A stretch of DNA of 64,000 nt from Gammaproteobacteria bacterium (GTDB taxonomy: Bacteria; Pseudomonadota; Gammaproteobacteria; Eutrophobiales; Eutrophobiaceae). Of the stretch, positions 50,315 through 60,502 are shown piece after piece. Every line of letters starts with the position of its first letter. Position 1 is the first letter of the stretch. The position numbers were made by a program, and so were the translations under genes. The notes below the pieces were generated by a model that was not told the DNA's origin, made no database searches, and saw nothing but the letters and a program-made list of their open reading frames with translations. The stretch covers positions 3,904,001 to 3,968,000 of the forward strand of contig OZ220696.1 in assembly GCA_965116495.1 (NCBI GenBank), read 5' to 3'.

Positions 50315-51373
50315 ATGTCAGACACACAAAATGAACACCCACTAAGCCTGGACCACGCCGCAATCTGGGTCGAAGACATGGAAAAAACAGTCGGCTTCCT
50401 CACTGACGTGGTAGGCTGGCGGCGCCATCCCATGGAGATTATGGTGAGTGACGAGGACGAAACCACCGGCGGCATGGAGGCCGTGTTCGTCGACGCCAAC
50501 GGCATATGGCTGGAAATGATATTACCCACGTCACCCGGTCCGGGCATGGACATCCTCAAGGAAAAAGGCGACGGCGCCATCATTGAGATCAACTTCGAGC
50601 CCGGCAATTACGATGCAGTGCTGGATGACATGAAGGCCAGGGGCATCCCGATGTTCAACATGGACGGTTCTCCCCTGGGTGAAGACGGCGGAGTCATCAA
50701 GGAAGGCGTGGTCGATGAAGGCGATTTCGAGCATACCGGCCAGCGCATTGCCTATTGGTCCACCGAACTGAGTCGGGGGACGGTCGTCGAGATCTTCGAG
50801 GTGATCAAGGGTGACGAACTCAACCTGATCAGCCAGCGCGATCGGCAGTGGGAAAAGGAGAGCCTGCAACAGCAAGGGCCGCGCATGAGCCACATTTCCA
50901 TCGTCGTTGCGGACCTGGAGCGCACGGCCGGTTTCTATACCGATGTTATGGGGCTGAAACGGCACCCGATGCAACTGGGCATTGACGGCGCTTCCAACGA
51001 GGAGATCGGCGGCATGAAGGCCGCGTTCATCGATGCGGGCGATGTCTGGCTGGAACTGTTCCAGCCTGTCGGTCCCGGACCGCTCATGGACCTGCTGAAT
51101 GAAAAAGGCGACGGTTACGTAGCGGAATTGTGTACCGAAGTCGATGACCTGGCTGCGTATTACGACGAAATGAAAGCAAAAGGCGTGCAGATGGTGGGCA
51201 TCGACGGAACACCGCTGGATGACAGTGAAAAGTATTACGTGCTCGACCCCTATGGCGAGAAGATAGCCTATTTCCCCGCTGAGGTGAGCCGCGGCATGAC
51301 CATCGAAGTCATCGAGAGAGGGCCCCGGGAGACCAGCATCCTGCACCGGCGCGATGATGCGTGGAAAGACTGA
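50315..51373 (+). CDS. Tandem VOC/glyoxalase (methylmalonyl-CoA epimerase-like) protein
   Basis: Two similar halves: LDHAAIWVED..WLEM..PGPG and MSHISIVVAD..WLEL..GPGP. Confidence 0.75.
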   Translation: MSDTQNEHPLSLDHAAIWVEDMEKTVGFLTDVVGWRRHPMEIMVSDEDETTGGMEAVFVDANGIWLEMILPTSPGPGMDILKEKGDGAIIEINFEPGNYDAVLDDMKARGIPMFNMDGSPLGEDGGVIKEGVVDEGDFEHTGQRIAYWSTELSRGTVVEIFEVIKGDELNLISQRDRQWEKESLQQQGPRMSHISIVVADLERTAGFYTDVMGLKRHPMQLGIDGASNEEIGGMKAAFIDAGDVWLELFQPVGPGPLMDLLNEKGDGYVAELCTEVDDLAAYYDEMKAKGVQMVGIDGTPLDDSEKYYVLDPYGEKIAYFPAEVSRGMTIEVIERGPRETSILHRRDDAWKD

Positions 51374-51451
51374 TCGGGAATAACCCGTATTCTCTCCTGC
51401 TCAATGATTCAGGCTGGGATGCATTCGTGCTAATCTACTGATTGGTGAGAT

Positions 51452-52801
51452 ATGCAGGCTAGCAGTTTGGATGTTATCCAACAGGACATTTTCACGGCCT
51501 ACCGGAAACTGACCCCCGCGTCCGGGGCATACTATCAACGCGCCCGCCAGTCATTGGCCGGTGGCACTACCGGGAATTTACGTTTTTTCCCGCCATATCC
51601 TGTTTATGAAACCGGTGGCCGGGGCGCCAGGGTCACGGATCTGGACGGTAACGAGTACATCGACTGTTTTCTCTGCAACGGTCCTCTTCTGCTGGGCCAT
51701 AATCATCCGGATGTGATCGCCACTATAGCAAGGCACAGCAAAACGGGTCCGCTGGTCGTCAACCCCCCCATCATTGCAGAGGCCGCGGAACTGGTGCAGG
51801 AAACTGTCCCCTGCGCCGAGCGGGTGCGATTCCTGAACAGCGGCACCGAGGCCGTCATTATGGCCGTGCGCTATGCGCGGGCCTTCACCGGCAACAGCAA
51901 GCTCGTTAAATTCTACGGCCACTACCACGGCCAGGCTGACCAGTTCCTGACCGGACTTGGGCCGACCGCTGAACCGTTCGGCGCCGGTGTTCCCGGTGAG
52001 GCGGCAAGCAACACCTTATTGACCGGCTATGGCGATATCGATGCATTGGCAAAACTTATGGAAAACCACGATGACATCGCAGCCGTCATCCTGGATCCGG
52101 CAATGCACGCGGGAGGGTTGTGGGGTAGCAACGGATCATTCCTGCAAGCCGTTAGATCTCTCACGTTGGCGCGTAACATCGTACTCATATTCGATGAAGT
52201 GATTACCGGTTTTCGCCTGGCGCTGGGTGGCGGTCAGGCTTACTACGGCGTGACGCCGGATTTAACCACTCTCGGCAAGGCCCTTGCTGCGGGAGAGAAG
52301 CTGGCCGCGGTTGCAGGTAAAGAGGAAATCATGCGCGTGGTTGATCCCCTGGCGGCTTCCGGTACGCCGCGTGTTTTCCAGTCCGGCACAGGTAACGACG
52401 GTAGCGCGGGCATTGCAGGCGCCATCGGCGCAATCAGGACATACCAGCAACTGAATGAGAGGGGAGAATACAGTCACCTGTTCAATATCGGTGAAGCGCT
52501 GGCCGAAGGTATCCACCAGGCATTTTCGTCCCGGGAGATACCTTGTCATGTGAACCGGTTGGGGCCCATGCTGCAGCTTTTCCTCTCGGCAGAAGAACCC
52601 GGTTTCGAGCGCTTTTCCTTACTGGACATGAAGGTGTTATCACTATTCTTTCTGGCGCTCATTAACGAAGGGGTGATCCTGACATTGCCCACCTCGCACC
52701 ACATTTACCTGTCTTTTATGCATAGCAGCGAGGACATCGACGTCATCATTGACAGGACGAACCTGGTTCTGGATAAATATGATTTCAGATCACTGTTATA
52801 G
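51452..52801 (+). CDS. Class III PLP aminotransferase (GSA-aminomutase-like)
   Basis: DLDGNEYID, NSGTEA, YHG, FDEVITGFR, PDL..LGK. Confidence 0.88.
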   Translation: MQASSLDVIQQDIFTAYRKLTPASGAYYQRARQSLAGGTTGNLRFFPPYPVYETGGRGARVTDLDGNEYIDCFLCNGPLLLGHNHPDVIATIARHSKTGPLVVNPPIIAEAAELVQETVPCAERVRFLNSGTEAVIMAVRYARAFTGNSKLVKFYGHYHGQADQFLTGLGPTAEPFGAGVPGEAASNTLLTGYGDIDALAKLMENHDDIAAVILDPAMHAGGLWGSNGSFLQAVRSLTLARNIVLIFDEVITGFRLALGGGQAYYGVTPDLTTLGKALAAGEKLAAVAGKEEIMRVVDPLAASGTPRVFQSGTGNDGSAGIAGAIGAIRTYQQLNERGEYSHLFNIGEALAEGIHQAFSSREIPCHVNRLGPMLQLFLSAEEPGFERFSLLDMKVLSLFFLALINEGVILTLPTSHHIYLSFMHSSEDIDVIIDRTNLVLDKYDFRSLL

Positions 52802-52860
52802 AATTCATCCCTGGCTGCAGGGATTAACTCGCGTTTTCAACATACAACCGGAGTACTACC

Positions 52861-54294
52861 ATGACTGACACGAGCAAAGCGGAGCTGGACAGGCTGTTTG
52901 AACAACAAAAAGCTGCCTTCCTGGCCGACAACAATCCCTCCTATGAACAACGGATGGAATGGCTGCAGGCCATGGAGAAGATGATGGTCGACTTGCGTCA
53001 GCCCATCCGTGATGCGCTGGGCCGGGATTTTGACTCTCACCCGGAGTTGATTACCGACCTGTTTGAAACCGGCGGGGTACTGGGCCGTTGTCGCAATGCC
53101 ATGGTCCATTTGCAGGAATGGATGGCCCCGGAAGAGCGGCCTTTGCTGGATATAATTCATGGGTCATCACGTTGTGAAATCGTCAAACAACCCAAAGGCG
53201 TGATGGGTAACATAGCACCCTGGAATTTTCCCATTGAGTGTTCCCTGGTCATGGTCGTTGACATGCTGGCGGCCGGCAACCGCGTTATCGTCAAGATGTC
53301 TGAACTGGCCCCGGTAACCGCAGACCTTATCCGGGAGAGTGTCGGCAAGTATTTTCCGGAAGACGTGCTGGCCGTCGTTATCGGCGATGTTGAGTTTTCC
53401 GAGTATTTTTCCGAATTACGTTGGGACCACCTGACCTATACGGGCAACACCAACGTGGGACGGCTGGTCATGCAGGCGGCGGCAAAGAACCTGACCCCGG
53501 TGACCCTGGAACTGGGCGGCAAGAATCCGACCATTTTCCTTGAAGATGGAGTCGACGAGCAACTGATCAAGGAATACCTGAGCTTCAAGTTCTGCAAGAA
53601 CGGACAAATTTGTACATCCCCCGACTATGCCCTGGTACCTGAAGGCTTGCTGGATACCTGGCTGGAACTGGCCAGGAAGGTATGGAAGGAAGCCTATCCC
53701 ACCTATATCGGCCATCCTGATGTAACCGGCATCATCAATGAACGCCATTATGACCGCATCATCAAATCCCTCGAAGAAGCGGGCAACAGCGGCGCCCAGG
53801 TGATTAACCTGAGTGATGAAGAACCGGACCGTGCACGGCGTCAAATCCCGATGTACCTGGTGGTGAACCCTGCAGATGACCAGGAAGTCATGCGCGAAGA
53901 AACCTTTGGCCCTGTTACGCCGGTGCGGACCTACAAGACCCTGGACGAGGCTTATGCCTACATTAACAGCCGCGAGCGCCCCCTGGCTTCTTACCTGGTG
54001 ACCATGGCCCGTGAGCCGGAAACGGTCGAGCAATTCAAGCGTGGTATTGTTTCAGGCGGCGCCGGCATCAATGTCTTTGGTTTCCAGGCAGCGGAGCCGA
54101 CCGCACCCTTCGGCGGGATTGGATCCAGCGGTACCGGGTGTCATGGCGGCCCCCAGGGATTTAACAATTATTCCCATTCCAAGACCGTGTATAACTGTTC
54201 CCAGGACAATCCCCTGAAGATGTCCGTCTGCGCGCCCTATGGTGAGATCACACAGGCCTTTGCGGATGGCATTTTTGCCGTGCATGAACAATAG
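52861..54294 (+). CDS. Aldehyde dehydrogenase (coniferyl-aldehyde DH-like)
   Basis: PWNFP, LELGGK, GQICTSPDY, EETFGP, PFGGIG.SG. Confidence 0.9.
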   Translation: MTDTSKAELDRLFEQQKAAFLADNNPSYEQRMEWLQAMEKMMVDLRQPIRDALGRDFDSHPELITDLFETGGVLGRCRNAMVHLQEWMAPEERPLLDIIHGSSRCEIVKQPKGVMGNIAPWNFPIECSLVMVVDMLAAGNRVIVKMSELAPVTADLIRESVGKYFPEDVLAVVIGDVEFSEYFSELRWDHLTYTGNTNVGRLVMQAAAKNLTPVTLELGGKNPTIFLEDGVDEQLIKEYLSFKFCKNGQICTSPDYALVPEGLLDTWLELARKVWKEAYPTYIGHPDVTGIINERHYDRIIKSLEEAGNSGAQVINLSDEEPDRARRQIPMYLVVNPADDQEVMREETFGPVTPVRTYKTLDEAYAYINSRERPLASYLVTMAREPETVEQFKRGIVSGGAGINVFGFQAAEPTAPFGGIGSSGTGCHGGPQGFNNYSHSKTVYNCSQDNPLKMSVCAPYGEITQAFADGIFAVHEQ

Positions 54295-55083
54295 ATGAAC
54301 AGTTCCGTCAACCCCCTTTCCCAGGAGTCCAAGGTTGCCCTGGTCACCGGCGCCGCCGGTGGTATCGGCAGCGCAGTGGCTATTACCCTGGCGCAACAGG
54401 GGGCATCCATTATTCTTACCGATCAGGAATCCGAGTCAGACAGGCTGACCCAAACCAGGCAATCCATAGAGAAGCTTGGGCAACCGGTTACCGCGCTGTT
54501 CGCTGACCTGGCCGCCGGAGAGCAGATTGATGTACTGGTAGAGCGTGCCTACGAGGAATTCGGATCCATCGACGTGCTGGTGAACGTTGCAGCCATCCAC
54601 CGTTATCCTGATCCCTTGCTGAAAATAAGCGAAGCGGACTGGGACCTGGTCCAGAACGTAAATTTCAAGAGCTGTTTACGCCTGTGCCAGCGCATTGTAC
54701 CCAACATGGTCAAACAAGGCTCCGGCAACGTGATAACTGTTGCTTCGGACAGCGCCTTTGATGTTATTGCCGGGGAAGGGCCTTACGGTATTTCCAAGAT
54801 CAGCCTGACCAAGCTCGCCGCCTATCTTGCCAAAGAAATTGCCGGCTCGGGTGTGCGTATAAACGCCATTGCCCCCGGTTGGGTAAGAACACCCTTGATA
54901 GAACAATACTGGTCGGATCCCGAATTCATGCGGGAAGCCAAGGCCGGCATTCCTTTGCAGCGCATTGCCGAACCCGAAGAAATTGCAAACGTGGTCCTGT
55001 TCCTGGCCTCGGACCTGGCAAGCTATGTCCATGGCCATTGCATGGTGGTAGACGGCGGGCGTATTGCCGGCGTGCCCTGTTAG
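54295..55083 (+). CDS. SDR oxidoreductase
   Basis: TGAAGGIG, YGISK, PGWVRT, VDGG. Confidence 0.9.
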   Translation: MNSSVNPLSQESKVALVTGAAGGIGSAVAITLAQQGASIILTDQESESDRLTQTRQSIEKLGQPVTALFADLAAGEQIDVLVERAYEEFGSIDVLVNVAAIHRYPDPLLKISEADWDLVQNVNFKSCLRLCQRIVPNMVKQGSGNVITVASDSAFDVIAGEGPYGISKISLTKLAAYLAKEIAGSGVRINAIAPGWVRTPLIEQYWSDPEFMREAKAGIPLQRIAEPEEIANVVLFLASDLASYVHGHCMVVDGGRIAGVPC

Positions 55084-55122
55084 TCAGGGTCCATGATAGA
55101 AGTGCCTGTCTGAACATCGCTT

Positions 55123-55501
55123 ATGCAGGAATTTGTCAGCAAGGTGGCGCTGGTAACCGGAGCAGGTTCGGGTATTGGGCGCGCCACATCCTTGGGCTTT
55201 GCCAGGTGCGGCGCAAAAGTAGTGGTTGCCGATATCAACCTTTCGGCTGCGGACGATACGGTAAAGATCATCAAATCAGAAGGTGGACAGGCGACGGCGA
55301 TGCAGGTTGATGTGTCCAGTTTGCCCGCCGTCGAGGACATGGTAGCGCAGACTGTTGCCTAAAGCGCTGGAATCCGAGCCCATAGGACGTTTCGGCCAAC
55401 CGGGGGAGGTGGCCAATGCAGTCATCTGGCTCTGCTCCGAGCAGGCCTCCTTTGTCACAGGTCACGCGTTGGCCGTGGACGGTGGTTACGTAGCTCAATA
55501 A
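55123..55501 (+). pseudogene. SDR with large internal deletion
   Basis: N-part TGAGSGIG stops at 55362; C-part [11 protein letters not shown]...VDGGYVAQ* resumes immediately; NNAG and YxxxK missing. Confidence 0.85.
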
Positions 55502-55687
55502 AACACTTTATAATTTGGCGGATGCCTGGTATCACAAATTAAAGATACTATTTTCTCGAAGGTCAATATTGGCTGGAAAGGGTGCGGGTTTTGAGGGATG
55601 GGTAGTTTAACTACAGAGGGCAAGTCCGTCCCGGGATTGCCCGTTGGCCCTCAGAAACATATGTGGGTATAAGTAGAGAAACAATAT

Positions 55688-56090
55688 ATGGCTGTAAATT
55701 TACGGCGCCCCTCAATCAGCACATCTTTCATAGAAAATTTTGATTTTCTAAAGCGGTTCCTGACGCGCTATTTTTCAGAACGGCAGGATATTGAGGATGT
55801 GGTGCAGGAAACCTATTTACGTGCCTACGGCGCCGAGCAGAAAAAAGTCATTGAACATCCCAGGGCATTTCTCTTTCAAATTGCCAAAAACCTGGCCCTG
55901 ACGGAGTTGAAAAAAAGTCCAGACAGATTTACGATTACATTGATGATTACGATTTGCCCCTGGCCATTGGCCAGGATGACCCTGTGCAGGGAGAAGTTGA
56001 GGCAAAGCAGAATATCGGACTCTACTGTGAAGCCGTAGCCGCCCTGCCGGAACAATGTCGACGTGTCTTTCTGTTACGTACACTGATTAA
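55688..56090 (+). pseudogene. ECF (FecI-like) sigma factor, frameshifted and 3'-truncated
   Basis: EDVVQETYLR, AFLFQIAKN; frameshift at A7 (55910-55916), after which LPEQCRRVFLL follows; region-4 HTH replaced by an IS-end remnant. Confidence 0.8.
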
Positions 56091-56091
56091 A

Positions 56092-56278
56092 GGGCGCCTC
56101 TAAAAATTAGAGGCGCCCGTGCAGTGTATGGACGTGCTGCCATTTAATCATGACATTCATCCTGAAGCGTCACCCTTCGGGCAGCCTGTGCTGTACCAAT
56201 CGGCGGTCATGCCGATTGGTCACGCAAGTGATTGAAAATGAAGGAAACGGAAAATCAACATTTTTAGAGGTTCCTTAA
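56092..56278. mobile_element. IS-end-derived MITE/remnant (IS5-like termini)
   Basis: GGCGCCTCTAAAAA (56093) inverted to TTTTTAGAGGTTCC (56261-56274), followed by TTAA; left end is itself a palindrome (56092-56118). Confidence 0.55.
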
Positions 56279-56373
56279 ATCTCATAGGCTCAGGAAATAT
56301 TAGAACATTTCTTCCGGTATATCCAGGCAGGTGGTATCTGGCCCGGATAGCAATACTGCCATCGCTTCCATCA

Positions 56374-57468
56374 TTAACCCTTTCGTATCTGTTTCATTAT
56401 GCCTGCAGTGGTTTGATACGTGGTTCCCTTACCGCGCCCCTGTTTCCTGATTACCCCTTTGTCGACAAGCCGTTTGAGCAGGGTTTTGAGGCCGGAACGG
56501 GTCATATCCGTATTTTCCAGTATGTAAGCGATTTTGCACTCGCCGACGCCTTCAATGACCTGGAATACGTGTTTTTCGTTGGCGTTCATCACCCCGACAG
56601 GCGCTTCCTTCATAATTGTACTGTTTAAATAGTCGGCCTGTATTGAAAGGGTTGTTAAAAAGAAGTCAAGCCAGTCTCCGTACTCTGGCTGTGCGGCTTC
56701 CAGTGTGGATTGTGTGTTTCTCAGGCTCACATAGTAACGTTCTTTATTATCCTCAACGATCTTTTCGTGTGAAGCATATTGGGCCCACCTGTAACCATGC
56801 CGCAATAAAAGCAAGGTGGTAAGGAGACGGCTCAATCTGCCGTTGCCGTCACGAAATGGATGAATCGCAAGGAAATGAACGATGAACCCGCCAATAACAA
56901 TGAGCGGGTGACACTCATCGCCTGAGACAAGTTCGTTGTATCCGGATACAAGACCGGTCATTGCCGCCTGGGTGGCCGGGCCGGGTAATGTCGTTTTAAA
57001 CCATGTTCTGATCACTTCACCTGTTGCGCTGTCGATTTCAACGACATCGTTGATGATATCCTTGTATGCGCCCCTCTGTTTTGAGGGGAGTTGATCTTCC
57101 GTTAATTTATTCGTAAGCAACTGGTGCAGTTCCCTGATCGTTTTTTCGGAGATGGTGAGTTTTTCAAAATTATCATAAATATAATTTAATGCCTGAACGT
57201 ATCCTGCTACTTCTCTCTCGGACCTGGACGAGATGTCTGTTATCCGGCAACCTTTTTCCACCAGTTCCCTGACTTGCTCATCGCTCAGTACGGCGCCTTC
57301 AATCCTGGTGGACGCGCCGGAAGAAGTGATGATGGAGGCCTGTTTAAGGCTCTCCACAAGAGCGGGCCGTTGAAACCAGGTTGCCTCAAAGGTTCCCTGG
57401 AACCTTTCGATTCTGGAAATGAGGGAAGCCTGGTAACCTGTAATTGCCAGGTGGTTAATCTTCTTCAT
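56374..57468 (-). CDS. Fic-family protein (class II) with C-terminal wHTH
   Basis: HPFRDGNGRLSR catalytic motif; STRIEG inhibitory motif; LVDKG..G.GKGT.Y wHTH end. Confidence 0.9.
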   Translation of the reverse strand: MKKINHLAITGYQASLISRIERFQGTFEATWFQRPALVESLKQASIITSSGASTRIEGAVLSDEQVRELVEKGCRITDISSRSEREVAGYVQALNYIYDNFEKLTISEKTIRELHQLLTNKLTEDQLPSKQRGAYKDIINDVVEIDSATGEVIRTWFKTTLPGPATQAAMTGLVSGYNELVSGDECHPLIVIGGFIVHFLAIHPFRDGNGRLSRLLTTLLLLRHGYRWAQYASHEKIVEDNKERYYVSLRNTQSTLEAAQPEYGDWLDFFLTTLSIQADYLNSTIMKEAPVGVMNANEKHVFQVIEGVGECKIAYILENTDMTRSGLKTLLKRLVDKGVIRKQGRGKGTTYQTTAGIMKQIRKG

Positions 57469-57768
57469 GGCTAACATCCAAAAAGCACCCATATAACATC
57501 CATATTTTAACACGTGAAACAGCCAAATAACAGCTAAAAAGTGTTGCCGCCGACAATAACGGAAGGATGGGGTTGCTGCACCGGCTTGGGATAGAAGCGA
57601 CAGGCGGGCAGACTATAAAATTCATCCTGATACCCGGTGCGCCAGCATCGCCCAGAGACGTCGCAGGGTTGTTCCCGGGGTTTGCACGCCGAGTGGACCA
57701 GGGCGCGTTCGACCTATTACCATGAAAATTCGGTGATTACTGCTGATATTTCAGTGTAGTGACAGCTT

Positions 57769-58938
57769 TTATATCCTTGGCCGCAGTTCGATATTTTGGA
57801 TCAGTTTCAGAGGCAATGCGGTGATTGTCCCAGTGAGGGCATACTTCTGCTCACCGGGATAGACTACCCACAAGCGCTCCAGCCCCAGGTCTTCGATGAC
57901 CACGTGCATGGACTTCGTCGTGCGCGGTGCGTCGGTGCATTTGAACTCGAAGCCCCAGCGCTGTCCCCGTCGCAACAACATCAGGTCCAACTCAGCGCCG
58001 CGCTGGGTCCTGTAGAAATAAGCCTCGCGTTCACCATGCGCAATGAGCGTCTGCTCCAGGGCGAATCCTTCCCAGCTAGCGCCGTAGCGCGGGTGTACCT
58101 GCAACTCCTTCATTTCTTCCAACCCCATCAGGAAGTGCAGGATTCCGCTGTCACGCAGGAATACTTTTGGCGCCTTGATCAAGCGCTTGCCGAGTTTTTC
58201 GTACCAGGGCGGCAGTACGCGCAACATGAAAGAACCTGTCAGCAGGTCGCGGTAGTGGTTTACCGCGGTAACGCTCACGTCCATTGAGCGTCCCAGCTCC
58301 GCTGCATTCCAGGTTTGTCCGTGATAATGCGCCAGCATCCTCCAGAAGCGGCCCAGTGCTTCAGGTGATACCTTCGATCCCAGCCCGGGAATGTCCCGCT
58401 CCAGGAACGTGCGCGTAAACGATTGCATCCAACGTGCCCACGCCGGTGTTGACGCCGCCAGCCAGGCCCGTGGAAAACCGCCCCGCATCCACAGGCTGTC
58501 CTGGTTTTGTGGGCCCGCCTCGGCCAGTGAGAAGCCTCCCACGTCCACAAAGAGAATCCGCCCGGCCAGCGTTTCAGACACCCCCTTGATCAAGTCCAGA
58601 GAGGCACTTCCCAACAGCAGAAAGACCGCTTTCCGGCTTTGGCTGTCACAGATTGGACGCAGTAATTCAAAAAGCGCCGGCATTCGTTGCACTTCGTCGA
58701 GAATAACCAGGCCTTGGCTCTCACGCAGCAGTTTCTCGGGAGTCATGGACAGCGCTTCCCGCGTCGCGGCGACCTCGAGGTCGAAAATTGTGAATGGGCC
58801 CGACCACGCTGACGCCACCTGCCCGGCGAGAGTAGTCTTGCCAACCTGGCGGGCTCCCAGCAATGCTACTACCGGGGCCTCGGAGAGGCCTCCGATAACA
58901 GCAGAGAGGAGGTCTGCTCGTGTTATATATTGTTGCAT
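57769..58938 (-). CDS. AAA_14 ATPase with DUF4143 domain
   Basis: GARQVGKTT, LDEVQ, ETLAGR, RGGFP, KAPKVFLRDSG, GASWEG, ELDL..FEFK. Confidence 0.9.
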   Translation of the reverse strand: MQQYITRADLLSAVIGGLSEAPVVALLGARQVGKTTLAGQVASAWSGPFTIFDLEVAATREALSMTPEKLLRESQGLVILDEVQRMPALFELLRPICDSQSRKAVFLLLGSASLDLIKGVSETLAGRILFVDVGGFSLAEAGPQNQDSLWMRGGFPRAWLAASTPAWARWMQSFTRTFLERDIPGLGSKVSPEALGRFWRMLAHYHGQTWNAAELGRSMDVSVTAVNHYRDLLTGSFMLRVLPPWYEKLGKRLIKAPKVFLRDSGILHFLMGLEEMKELQVHPRYGASWEGFALEQTLIAHGEREAYFYRTQRGAELDLMLLRRGQRWGFEFKCTDAPRTTKSMHVVIEDLGLERLWVVYPGEQKYALTGTITALPLKLIQNIELRPRI

Positions 58939-59067
58939 ATCTGATTTATAAAATAAGATATTCAACAATTAAATCACGAGAGTCATGTTCTGTCAATGCA
59001 CCCATCGAAACACCATATTCCGCATAAGCTCTTCCGATGGCTTCATTTTCGGTCGCAGGCGCCCGCT

Positions 59068-59335
59068 GGCGCAAAACAGCCTTAAACAGATCAGCAGATA
59101 CACCACTGAAAATTTCGGAGAGCAGCAGAAAAGGAAATATATAAAACTCCTACGAGATAAGATGCGTAGTGCGGCTAAAAGTCCCGATAAGGGCCAAAGG
59201 CGCGGTGAGATCAAAGAGGGCTATCACAGTATCCGGGCAGGAAAGCACCATATTTACTATCGTATTCAAGAAACACATATTGAAATCACCGGCGCGCTGC
59301 ACCAATCGATGGAACCAGACCTGCATCCAACGGGT
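59068..59335 (+). pseudogene. ParE/RelE toxin, 5'-truncated, no antitoxin
   Basis: LKQISRYT.ENFGEQQ..KY, GKHHIYYRI, LHQSM motifs; N-terminal beta strand replaced by a repeat fragment. Confidence 0.7.
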
Positions 59336-60268
59336 CTATGTCGCCTTACCCCTGCGTATACGCCAGCCGTCAAGAAACACGGCAATAATTATCACTCCCC
59401 CCGTTATCAGGCGTTTTGCCGGTTCGGATACGCCTAGCTGCGCCAGTCCGTTCTGTAGTACTGCGACGATCAGGACGCCTGCGAATGCGCCGATAACGGT
59501 GCCGCGACCCCCCATTAAACTTGTGCCGCCGATAACCGCCGCAGCAATTGCAGCCAGTTCCATGCCGGAACCGGCATTCGGATCGGCCGACCCCAGGTAG
59601 GCTGCATTGAATACGCCTCCGAGACCTGCCAGGGCGCCGGACACGGCCAGTACCAGCAGGCGGTAGAGCCTTGTATTGATCCCGGACATGCGCGCTGCAT
59701 TGGCATTGGTGCCCGTGGCGGTGATGTAGCGTCCCAGCACTGTCCTGGTCAAAATAAACTGGCCCGCGATGACCGTCACAAGGGCAATGATTAATGCAAC
59801 GGAAACGCCGGTCCCTGTAATCGGCAACGCGAGTTTCTGGATCGAGGCGCCTATATACATAGTTTGTGAGTTCGTCGTGATATAGGCCAGTCCACGCGCC
59901 ATTTCCAGCATCCCCAGGGTGACGATAAATGAGGGAAGAGAAAGATAGGCCACCAGAATGCCGTTCATGGTGCCGCAGAGAAAACCTGCGCCTATTCCGA
60001 TCAGGCAGGCAGCATACAGGGGAAGGCCCCAGTTGAGCAGCGCCACTCCCACGACCGTGGCGCTGAAACCGAGTACGGAACCAACCGACAAATCGATGCC
60101 CCCGACAATCAGGACAAGCGTCATGCCGACAGTGACGATTGTCAGTGCGGGCAGCTGGTTAAGGATTGTTGTGAGTGTTACGAATGAAAAGAAATTGTCC
60201 GAAGCAAGGCTGAAAAACAGGATCAGCAGGACCAGGGAAACCAGGATAAAGTTTTCTCTAGCCCGCAT
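59336..60268 (-). CDS. rbsC: Ribose-type ABC transporter permease
   Basis: GGIDLSVGS, PSFIVTLG, ELAAIAAAVIGGTSL.GG; ATG supplied by a MITE inverted repeat. Confidence 0.85.
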   Translation of the reverse strand: MRARENFILVSLVLLILFFSLASDNFFSFVTLTTILNQLPALTIVTVGMTLVLIVGGIDLSVGSVLGFSATVVGVALLNWGLPLYAACLIGIGAGFLCGTMNGILVAYLSLPSFIVTLGMLEMARGLAYITTNSQTMYIGASIQKLALPITGTGVSVALIIALVTVIAGQFILTRTVLGRYITATGTNANAARMSGINTRLYRLLVLAVSGALAGLGGVFNAAYLGSADPNAGSGMELAAIAAAVIGGTSLMGGRGTVIGAFAGVLIVAVLQNGLAQLGVSEPAKRLITGGVIIIAVFLDGWRIRRGKAT

Positions 60269-60502
60269 TTCTCACCAGGTGATGCGATGATTACGCCGGA
60301 TTTTTGCCGCCAGCGGGTGCCTGCGACCGAAAGCATAGCAGTAGCTCTGGTTGAGGGAGCACGTGCCCGCTGGCGGCAAAAAGACAAGTAAGGACGCATC
60401 AAGCGCAGTCTGTAATGTTGACATAGTAAAAACATTACCATAGCTTGTTGACAGCAAATAAATATACGATGGCAACAAGCGACCTGGTGAGAAATGCGGG
60501 CT
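60260..60502. mobile_element. 243-bp MITE with perfect 21-bp terminal inverted repeats
   Basis: AGCCCGCATTTCTCACCAGGT (60260-60280) / ACCTGGTGAGAAATGCGGGCT (60482-60502); three internal hairpins. Confidence 0.85.

Noticed and set aside
55910-55916. Programmed frameshift or phase variation of the ECF sigma
   Set aside because: The run is short, and the restored frame still lacks region 4, so no functional product would result.
57568-57725. Short plus-strand ORF (MGLLHRLG...FDLLP) between fic and the AAA gene
   Set aside because: About 52 codons with no family I can recognise; possibly a fragment, but unsupported.
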